NCBI GenBank assembly: GCA_009783465.1 | Contig: WRDM01000002.1 | Span: 42,097 to 106,096, forward strand | DNA length: 64,000 nucleotides | Source: Phycisphaerae bacterium | Lineage (GTDB): Bacteria; Planctomycetota; Phycisphaerae; SM23-33 | Direction of reading: 5' to 3' | Part shown: positions 1 to 7,427 of the stretch, in pieces | Numbering within the stretch: the stretch's first letter is position 1 | Layout: the number at the start of each line of letters is the position of its first letter | The notes under the pieces: model-generated | What the model saw: the letters and a program-made list of their open reading frames with translations, nothing else | Databases searched by the model: none | Told to the model about the DNA's origin: nothing | Translations under genes and position numbers: made by a program

Positions 1-1
1 G

Positions 2-211
2 CAGGCGGGGACGGCCTCGGCGCTGCTGGGCCTCTTCCAGTACACCCTCGGTGGACTCGCGAGCGGCCTGCTGGGCGTCATCGTCCGCCATGACACCGCC
101 GGCAAGTCCGCCCTGCCGATGGCCGCCATCATCGCCGCGTGCAGCGTCATCGGCTGCGCGGTGTACCTTGTCGGACGACGACGAAAACCGATTAACTCGT
201 TGATTCGTTAA
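2..211 (+). CDS. MFS-type transporter, C-terminal fragment (5' end outside window)
   Basis: Open frame from window edge reads ...LGLFQYTLGGLASGLLGVIVRHDTAGKSALPMAAIIAACSVIGCAVYLVGRRRKPINSLIR*; hydrophobic helices typical of Bcr/CflA-type MFS C-termini. Confidence 0.4.
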   Translation, partial: QAGTASALLGLFQYTLGGLASGLLGVIVRHDTAGKSALPMAAIIAACSVIGCAVYLVGRRRKPINSLIR

Positions 212-340
212 CTCGTTGATTCGTGTTAACGAGTTAACGAAAAGAGCTCCACGAACATACGGCATGGTTTTACCGTCGAGCAAACGAAAATCAGGATCCC
301 GTTTTTCTTCTCTGTGTCTCTGTGGTAAAAAACATATGAC

Positions 341-2011
341 ATGACCACACACAACCTCCAACCCGCGCAGCCGCTCATCCGACGGTATCTGTTCGTCGCG
401 GCGGCCCTGTTGGCGGCGGTGTATCTGGCGTGCGTCAACGACCGCTGGTATCCCACGCCCGACAGCGCCTTGTACGCCGGGCTGGGGCGGTCGCTCGCTG
501 AAGGGCGAGGGTACGTTTTCAATGGCGGAGTGGACAACACGGCCACGCCGGGCCTGCCGGCCGTCATCGCGGCGGCGAGGCTCCTCACCGGCGGCGACGG
601 CTGGTGGGTGTGCAACCTGTTCATCACGGCCTCGGGGTTGGCGGCGTTATTATTCATCCGGGCCGTGTTGCGAAAACTGCTGCCCGCCGACGCGCCGCCA
701 TCGACGAACTCATCGCCGTCACCGCCCACATCACGGCTGCGTGACACGATCGCATCGCCCGCGCCGGCGAAGTTATCCGCCGACCTGGCCACGCTCATGT
801 TGGCCGGCTCGTTTTTGTTCTTCGAGCATTCACACTATATTTTGACGGACATTCCGCTGGTCGCGTTGGCGTGGGCTGCCTTCTATGCCGCGCTGCGGGC
901 GACGCACGGACACTGGGCCTGGCTGGCGCTGGCGGCAGGGCTGTGCGTCGCCGCCATGACGATCCGCGCGCCGATGGCGCCGTTCCTGGCCTTGCTGGCA
1001 ACGGGACTGGTGTTTGGACCGTTGCCATGCGGAACGGTCCGCGAGGGCAAGTTATCCTCGCCACACGCGGGCGAGACGCCCGCGCCACGGGCCGCGCGAC
1101 GGCGTTGGTTCGCCGCCGCCGTGCTGCTGGCGGCCACCGCGGTCCCCTTCGCGTTCTGGTACGTTCTCGGCCGGTCGATCGGACCGCTGCCGTACGTCGA
1201 ATCCGCCACACGGCTGACGGCGGGATTTTTCGCGCGGGCAGGCGAGGCCGCGTGGGCGCAGGCCGGCGTCATGTCCACATTCCTCATCGGCGTGCCCAGC
1301 ATGCCCTGGCTGGGCTTGATCCTCTGGCCGGTGGCGCTGTTGGGATTGGCCGTGCTGTGGCGGGGCTTTTGGCTGGGCCTGCTCGTGCTCGTGCCGTACA
1401 CGCTGTTCATCGCCGTCATCCGCGCTGCCGACAACCCCGATCGCTTCATGCTGCCGGTGGCGCCGCTGGTCTACCTCGGCCTGACGCAGGGCGTCTGGTC
1501 GCTCGCGACGGCGGCAGGCCACCTCGCGCGAGCACGGCGAAATCACGCGACCACCGCGTTGATCGTCCTGACGGCGGCCATCCTGCTCGCCAACGTCGTG
1601 CCGATGGCCAAGTTGGTGCATCGCATGGCCTGGCTGGCCCACACCGACCGCTACGACACCGAGGCCAAACGCGGCTTCGTGGGCGAACACAAAAAAGTCG
1701 CCGAACTCCTCGCCAACGAACTGCCCGAAGAAGGCCGATTCCTCGCCACCCGAGGCCCCGGACGAATCGTGTACTATTACAGCGGGCGACCCTTCATCAC
1801 CCCGCCGCCGCACAATGACGGCCTGCTCGGCCCCGACGATGCACAGGAACTCTGGAACCTCTGGCAGGCAAACCCCGACATCCGCATCGCCGTCCTGCCC
1901 TGGCATGGCCGACAAAAACACCACGCCTACACCGCCCGCATCGCCGAACTCTTCGCCAGCGAACGCGAACTCCACCGCGGCAACACGATGATCGTCTTCG
2001 AACGTCGCTAA
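341..2011 (+). CDS. GT39/ArnT-like membrane glycosyltransferase (PMT_2 family), carries short in-frame palindromic element
   Basis: 556 aa polytopic membrane protein; N-terminal DSALYAGLGRSLAEGRGYVF motif typical of ArnT/PMT family; peptide PHAGETPAPR at nt ~1062-1092 encoded by a copy of the in-frame palindromic element. Confidence 0.55.
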   Translation: MTTHNLQPAQPLIRRYLFVAAALLAAVYLACVNDRWYPTPDSALYAGLGRSLAEGRGYVFNGGVDNTATPGLPAVIAAARLLTGGDGWWVCNLFITASGLAALLFIRAVLRKLLPADAPPSTNSSPSPPTSRLRDTIASPAPAKLSADLATLMLAGSFLFFEHSHYILTDIPLVALAWAAFYAALRATHGHWAWLALAAGLCVAAMTIRAPMAPFLALLATGLVFGPLPCGTVREGKLSSPHAGETPAPRAARRRWFAAAVLLAATAVPFAFWYVLGRSIGPLPYVESATRLTAGFFARAGEAAWAQAGVMSTFLIGVPSMPWLGLILWPVALLGLAVLWRGFWLGLLVLVPYTLFIAVIRAADNPDRFMLPVAPLVYLGLTQGVWSLATAAGHLARARRNHATTALIVLTAAILLANVVPMAKLVHRMAWLAHTDRYDTEAKRGFVGEHKKVAELLANELPEEGRFLATRGPGRIVYYYSGRPFITPPPHNDGLLGPDDAQELWNLWQANPDIRIAVLPWHGRQKHHAYTARIAELFASERELHRGNTMIVFERR

Positions 2012-3312
2012 CGCTGCGACGCCCGCAGCGCCTGGTCCAGATCGGCCTGGAGGTCGGAGAGGTCTTCGATGCCCACGCAGAGACGGATGAATTCCGGGCT
2101 GACGCCGGCGGCGCGTTGCTGGGCGTCGGTCATCTGCTGATGCGTCGTGCTGGCGGGATGGATCACCAGCGTGCGGGCGTCGCCGATGTTCGCCATGTGC
2201 GAGGCCAGTTTCACGCTCTTGATGAACCGCACGCCGGCGTCGCGGCCGCCCTTGATGCCGAACCCGACGATCCCGCCCGCGCCGTTGGGCAGGTATTTTT
2301 TGGCCAACTCATGATGCGAATGGCCGGCTAGCCCCGCGTAGTTGACCCACTCGACGGCCTCGTGCGATTGTAAAAATTTCGCCAGCGCCAGCGAATTTTC
2401 GCAGTGCCTCGGCATGCGGACGTGGAGCGTCTCCAGCCCGAGCAGGAACAAAAAGGCCGCGAACGGACTCATGCACGCGCCGGTGTCGTACAGCCAGTGC
2501 GTCCGCGCGTGCGAAACAAACGCCGCCCGGCCAAACGCTTCGACGAACGTCAACCCGTTGTACGCCTTGTCCGGCTCGGTAAACCGCGGCCAGCGGCCCG
2601 GTTCCTTCGACCAGTCGAACGCGCCGCCGTCGACGACCGCGCCGCCGACGTGCACACCATGGCCGCCGATGTATTTCGTCGTGGAATAGACCACGATGTC
2701 CGCGCCGTGCTCGATCGACCGAAGCAGCCAGGGCGTCGTCACCGTGTTGTCCACGATCAGCGGCACGCCGATGGCATGCGCGGCGTCGGCGGTCTTGCGA
2801 AAGTCCGGCACGTCGCCTCGGGGGTTGCCCATGCTCTCGACATAGACGCATCGCGTGTTGGCGTCGGCGAGCGCGGCGATCTCCTCGGGCCGATCGGCGT
2901 TGTAAAAACGGGCCTCGACGCCCAGCGTTTTCAGCGTGCGCGAGAACAGCATGTACGTGCCTCCGTAGAGGCTCGCGGACGTGATGATATTCTGTCCGGC
3001 CTGCGCGAGGGTCATCACGGCGGCGATGATGGCCGCCTGTCCGCTGGCCAACGCCACCGCGCCCACGCCGCCGTCCAGCGCGGCCAGCCGCTTCTCCAGC
3101 ACCTCATTCGTGGGATTCGTCAGTCGCGAATAAATGTTGCCCGGCTGCTTGAGCGCGTACAAATTGGCCGCGTCCTCGGGCGAGGCAAAATGATACGCCG
3201 CCGTCGCGTAAATCGGCACGGCGGAACAGTGCGTGGGCGAATCATCCGCCTGCCCCGCGTGCAACGCCAGCGTGCCCAACCGATACGCGTTGTTGTCGTT
3301 TGTGTTTGTCAT
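2008..3312 (-). CDS. metY: O-acetylhomoserine sulfhydrylase (PLP-dependent Cys/Met metabolism enzyme)
   Basis: ORF 2008..3543 trimmed to Met at MTNTNDNNAYRLGTLALHAG; strong MetY-family similarity (GNPRGDV, STTKYIGGHG PLP-lysine motif). Confidence 0.85.
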   Translation of the reverse strand: MTNTNDNNAYRLGTLALHAGQADDSPTHCSAVPIYATAAYHFASPEDAANLYALKQPGNIYSRLTNPTNEVLEKRLAALDGGVGAVALASGQAAIIAAVMTLAQAGQNIITSASLYGGTYMLFSRTLKTLGVEARFYNADRPEEIAALADANTRCVYVESMGNPRGDVPDFRKTADAAHAIGVPLIVDNTVTTPWLLRSIEHGADIVVYSTTKYIGGHGVHVGGAVVDGGAFDWSKEPGRWPRFTEPDKAYNGLTFVEAFGRAAFVSHARTHWLYDTGACMSPFAAFLFLLGLETLHVRMPRHCENSLALAKFLQSHEAVEWVNYAGLAGHSHHELAKKYLPNGAGGIVGFGIKGGRDAGVRFIKSVKLASHMANIGDARTLVIHPASTTHQQMTDAQQRAAGVSPEFIRLCVGIEDLSDLQADLDQALRASQR

Positions 3313-3619
3313 ACCGACTCCTTGCCTGTGTCCTGCACCAGTGTATGACAAATCGAACATGGATGCCATGTGTCGATCAAAAAGATGTCCGGCATGGATA
3401 TGGTTGAGACGACACGCCTGTCCCTCTGTGCACGTCGTCCGCCGCCGACTTCGCATGACGGTGCGCCCTCGGCCAGTGGCGTCAGGCACGAGGAAAGAAT
3501 CCTGAAAACGCCCGAAACCCAGGGCTCGCGGCGTACCGCTCACCCTGGGCTATAGCAGACGCCGCTGACGCGGCTGTGGCCCGGCCCTTCTGCGCCAGAC
3601 CGGGAAGGCCAACCAACTC

Positions 3620-3934
3620 CTACCGCCCGGTGTTGTCTTCGGGATGGTCCTTCACGGCGTTTTCGGCGTGATTTTCCACGAAATTCTTCGCGTTGTTGGC
3701 CGCGTTCTCCGCATGATCGACCGCCTTTTCCGCGTGATTGGCGACGAAATGTTCCGCGTGGTTGGCGGCGTGTTCCATCGCGTTGGCGGCGTGGTTGGCG
3801 GCGTTCTCCACCGCGCGGGCCGCGTTGACCCCCTTCTCGCGCGCCTTCTCCGCCTGCTCGCGACTACAGCCAACCGACACCACCAGCAATCCCGCCACCA
3901 CGATCGCGGCCAGGAAATTCAACCGACTCATCAT
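3620..3934 (-). CDS. small lipoprotein with eight His-containing heptad repeats (x-N-H-A-E-x-A)
   Basis: Signal peptide plus lipobox (LLVVSVGCS); body is ENAANHA/ANHAEHF/VANHAEK/AVDHAEN... heptads; DNA shows matching degenerate ~21-nt tandem repeats. Confidence 0.45.
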   Translation of the reverse strand: MMSRLNFLAAIVVAGLLVVSVGCSREQAEKAREKGVNAARAVENAANHAANAMEHAANHAEHFVANHAEKAVDHAENAANNAKNFVENHAENAVKDHPEDNTGR

Positions 3935-4055
3935 GCCTCCTCCGAGAAATACGGGCGTCCGCCGCCTCGCTTCTCCTTGACCCCGTTTGCGACATTATAG
4001 GCCGATGTTCTTCCATTTCTTATGACACAAATGAGAGACCCGTTCGAGGGAAATA

Positions 4056-4197
4056 AGCCAATAGCCAATAGCCAGCAGGTATGGAAAGACAAGGACAAAA
4101 AGGCAAGGAAAGCGGGAACAGGCACATGAGTAACAACATTCAGAATCGTGTGATTTGCAACAAAACCCGCCATACCTTCTGGCTACTGGCTACTGGC
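4056..4197 (+). repeat. operon-hairpin element (OPH family, 'gccagtagccaatagccagtagg...ccatacctactggctactggc'), forward orientation
   Basis: ~28-bp inverted terminal arms flanking ~90-nt conserved core (..acagcgggaaca..atcagaatcgtgtga..); same family as 11024, 12571, 13745, 27752, 28293, 55981. Confidence 0.8.
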
Positions 4198-4358
4198 GAA
4201 ATGATTCCTTCGATCAGATCGCCCGCCCGCGCCACGAGAAATGAAAGCCCTTGTTTTTCCTCTGCCCCATTTGCGAATCCCGTTCGCCGTTCCTACACTG
4301 AGGCCGAGGGCGTCGGCGTGGGGTCGGCGTCGCGTGGGGCGTCTTCGCGGGGGCGGTC

Positions 4359-7300
4359 ATGCTGGGGTTGTCGCGTCGAGCGTTTCTTCAAGTCACCGCC
4401 GGCTCCGCGGGCGCCGTGGCCGCCTCCATGGGCCTGCGACAGGCGGGAAAACTCATCCCCTACGTCGTGCCCCCCGAGGAAATAAAACCAGGCCAGTGGG
4501 CGACCTTCGCGACCACCTGCCGCGAGTGCCCCGCCGGCTGCGGGCTGCACGCGCGGCACCGCGACGGCCGGGCCATCAAAGCCGAAGGCAACCCGCAAAG
4601 CCCCGTCAACCGCGGCGCGCTGTGCGCCCGCGGGCAATCCGCCGTGCAAGGCCTGTACGACCCCGACCGGCTGCGACACCCGCTGCGACGCGTCCACCGC
4701 GACGCGACGCTCGAACACGCCGCCTGGGCCGATGCCATTGCTGCCGTCATCGAAATCCTGAAAAAACCACAGAAAAACGTCCACATTGTCAGCGACTTGC
4801 AAACCGGCGCACTGGCGGAAGTGCAAACCGCCTTCGCCGCACTCCACGGCAGCGAGCCCGTGCTGTACTTCGAGCCGTGCAACTACGAACCGCTTCGCGA
4901 CGCCCACCGCATCGCCCTGGGCCTGGACGCAATCCCGCGATACCGCATCGAGCGAAGCCGCTACATTCTCAGCCTCGGCGCGGACTTCCTCGAAACGTGG
5001 ATCTCGCCCGTGGAGTTCGCTCGCGGCTTCGCAAACGCTCGCGAAATCCGCCCCGCCGAATACGGCCGCGATCCGTACGAGTCGCCGCCGCGCAGGCCCG
5101 GAAAATTGGTATACGTCGGGCCTCGACTGTCCATGACGGCCGCCAACGCGGATGAGTTTTTCCAATGCCAAAGCGGTGCCGAAGGCTGGATTGCCCTGGC
5201 GATTCTTCACGAACTGCTCGCCGCGGATTGGGTGCAAAACCAACGCGACGCGATCGCGGCAGCCGCGAAAATAGTGGGCGCCGAGCACGCGCTCAATCAC
5301 GCGGGGTTAGAAAAATCCACCGTCGCCCGCCTGGCCCACGAGTTCGCCGCCGCGCGCGGCGCGGTCGCGCTGGCGTGTCCGACCGCCGCCACGGGCGATG
5401 CGGCACGATGGGCTTCGCTGGCGGCCATCCTTCTCAACGTCGCCGTCGGCAGCGGCGGCAACGATGCGGAGAACAACGGCGTCATCGTCGATTTCTCGCA
5501 GCCGCACGCGCTGAGCGCCGCCGCCAAACTACGCGAAGTCGCCGATCGGTTGGCCTCGCTGGGGCCAAACGACGTCGTGATTCTGCACAACGCCAACGTG
5601 GCGTTCGCCCTGCCGGCAGCGGCGGCGGGATTACAAAACGCCGCCGCCGTGATTTATCTCGGCCCGCAGCTCGATGAAACCGCCGAACTCGCCGACGTCG
5701 TGCTGCCCACCGATTCGCCTCTGGAAGCCTGGGGCGACTACGAACCGTACGCGGGCATGCACAGCCTGATTCAGCCGACGACGGCCCGGCTGTACAATTC
5801 GCGAAACGCAGGCGACATCCTGCTGGCGCTCGCGCAGGCGACGAACCGCCCGCTCACTCCGCCGTACGCGTCAAGCCCGCCGGAAGATTTCCTGCACTGG
5901 CTGCGGCTGCGATGGCAACATTTTCACCCGCAACACGACTGGCAGGACGCCCTCCGCGCCGGCGGGGAGTTTGACGAGACGCCAGGTGGCGAGATGCCCG
6001 CTTCACGTGACGCGGGCGTCTCGCCCGCGTTGTGTGTTCCACTGTCCTGGCCTATGGAATACAGTAAATCTGTTCCACAGCACAGCGCGGGCAAGATGCC
6101 CGCGAGACACGAGGGCGAGACGCCCTCGTCACGTGAAGCAGACACCCGCGCCGCAGACGACCATTTCCATCTCTGGCTGTGGCCTTCGGTGTTCCTCTTC
6201 GACGGCCGGTCAGCCAACAGGCCGTGGTTGCAGGAGGCGCCCGATCCGACGACCCAGGCCACCTGGAGCAGTTGGGCGGACATGCATCCCGACCGTGCCG
6301 CCGCGCTGGGCCTGCGCGGCGGCGACGCCATTCGCATCCAACTGTACGACGCCACGGACAAATCCGCCGCCATCACCCTGCCCGTGCGAATCACCGCCGA
6401 CGTCGCCGACGACACCCTCGCCGTCGTCCTGGGCCAGGGGCACTGGGCGATGGGCAACACCGCCCGCAACCTCGGCGCCAACGCCTTCCGCCTCCGCCCG
6501 ATTCAACCGACGCGCGACAACTTCCCCGCCGTACGCGTCCGCCGTGCCGCCGGGGCCAATCCATTGTCCTATCATCCAACATCCGCCATGCAGGATCAGC
6601 ATCGCCGCGAACTGCTCCAGTGGACATCACTCGCGCAGGCGTCGGCCGACCCGCCCCCGCCGCGCGACGACGCGTTTCGCATGCCGCTGCCGGAAGGCTA
6701 CCGCACCGACGCCTACGCACCGCACGAACACCGCAACCACCGCTGGGCGATGGCGATCGACCTGCACCGATGCGTCGGCTGTGGCGCGTGCGCGGTCGCG
6801 TGCTACGCGGAGAACAACATCCCCGTCGTCGGGCCCGCCGAAGTGGATCGAGGCCGCGAAATGGCCTGGCTGAAAATCGTCCCCTACCGCTCGCCCCACG
6901 ACGCGGGCCGGCTGGGCTTCCTGCCGATGCTCTGCCAGCACTGCGACGCCGCCCCGTGCGAACCGGTCTGCCCCGTCTACGCGTCCATGCACACCGAGGA
7001 AGGCCTCAACGCCCAAGTCTACAACCGCTGCATCGGCACGCGGTACTGCAACAACAACTGTCCCTACAAGGCCCGGCGGTTCAACTGGTTCGACCGCGAC
7101 TGGCCGGAGTCGTCGCGATGGCAGCACAATCCCGAAGTCACCGTTCGCGAGCGCGGCGTGATGGAAAAATGCACCTTCTGCATTCAGCGAATCCGCCACG
7201 CCCAGCACCGCGCCCTCCGCGAAGACAGGCCGCTGCGAGACGGCGAAATCCAGCCCGCGTGCGTCGCCACCTGCCCGACCTCGGCCATGATCTTCGGCGA

Positions 7301-7427
7301 CCTGCTCCGCGGCGACAGCCTCGTGACACGACTCTTCCGCAACGACCCGCGACGCTACCAGGTGCTGGGGGAATTGAACACCAAACCGGCCGTGGTGTAC
7401 TTGCGGCGTGTGACATGGAACGCCTGA
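4359..7427 (+). CDS. actB: Alternative complex III subunit ActB (Tat-signal, molybdopterin-oxidoreductase-like domain fused to 4Fe-4S ferredoxin domain), with in-frame palindromic element
   Basis: MLGLSRRAFLQ twin-arginine signal; N-terminal MopB-like domain; C-terminal CVGCGACAVAC / CQHCDAAPCEPVCP Fe-S motifs; followed by actC; 44-codon element insert at ~5975-6140. Confidence 0.8.
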   Translation: MLGLSRRAFLQVTAGSAGAVAASMGLRQAGKLIPYVVPPEEIKPGQWATFATTCRECPAGCGLHARHRDGRAIKAEGNPQSPVNRGALCARGQSAVQGLYDPDRLRHPLRRVHRDATLEHAAWADAIAAVIEILKKPQKNVHIVSDLQTGALAEVQTAFAALHGSEPVLYFEPCNYEPLRDAHRIALGLDAIPRYRIERSRYILSLGADFLETWISPVEFARGFANAREIRPAEYGRDPYESPPRRPGKLVYVGPRLSMTAANADEFFQCQSGAEGWIALAILHELLAADWVQNQRDAIAAAAKIVGAEHALNHAGLEKSTVARLAHEFAAARGAVALACPTAATGDAARWASLAAILLNVAVGSGGNDAENNGVIVDFSQPHALSAAAKLREVADRLASLGPNDVVILHNANVAFALPAAAAGLQNAAAVIYLGPQLDETAELADVVLPTDSPLEAWGDYEPYAGMHSLIQPTTARLYNSRNAGDILLALAQATNRPLTPPYASSPPEDFLHWLRLRWQHFHPQHDWQDALRAGGEFDETPGGEMPASRDAGVSPALCVPLSWPMEYSKSVPQHSAGKMPARHEGETPSSREADTRAADDHFHLWLWPSVFLFDGRSANRPWLQEAPDPTTQATWSSWADMHPDRAAALGLRGGDAIRIQLYDATDKSAAITLPVRITADVADDTLAVVLGQGHWAMGNTARNLGANAFRLRPIQPTRDNFPAVRVRRAAGANPLSYHPTSAMQDQHRRELLQWTSLAQASADPPPPRDDAFRMPLPEGYRTDAYAPHEHRNHRWAMAIDLHRCVGCGACAVACYAENNIPVVGPAEVDRGREMAWLKIVPYRSPHDAGRLGFLPMLCQHCDAAPCEPVCPVYASMHTEEGLNAQVYNRCIGTRYCNNNCPYKARRFNWFDRDWPESSRWQHNPEVTVRERGVMEKCTFCIQRIRHAQHRALREDRPLRDGEIQPACVATCPTSAMIFGDLLRGDSLVTRLFRNDPRRYQVLGELNTKPAVVYLRRVTWNA
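5975..6140 (+). repeat. in-frame palindromic element (IPE family) inside actB
   Basis: TCACGTGACGCGGGCGTCTCGCCCGCGTTGTG...CGCGGGCAAGATGCCCGCGAGACACGAGGGCGAGACGCCCTCGTCACGTGA; terminal inverted repeats; near-identical DNA in 8 other genes; encodes ...RDAGVSPALCVPLSW...AGKMPARHEGETPSSRE. Confidence 0.85.

Noticed and set aside
226-1975. Many long overlapping ORFs on both strands inside real genes (e.g. 226..798-, 871..1818+, 1052..1975-, 2404..3348+, 4293..5300-, 39429..41102-, 43441..45183-)
   Set aside because: Typical stop-poor alternative frames of ~68% GC DNA. Their products are Arg/Pro/Ala-rich low-complexity sequence. Each overlaps a frame with clear family similarity.
6179-7414. The first 1.2 kb of ORF 6179..9382 upstream of the ActC start
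   Set aside because: This is the alternative frame of actB. The real ActC begins at the ATG at 7415 that overlaps the actB stop. The upstream part has no membrane-protein character.
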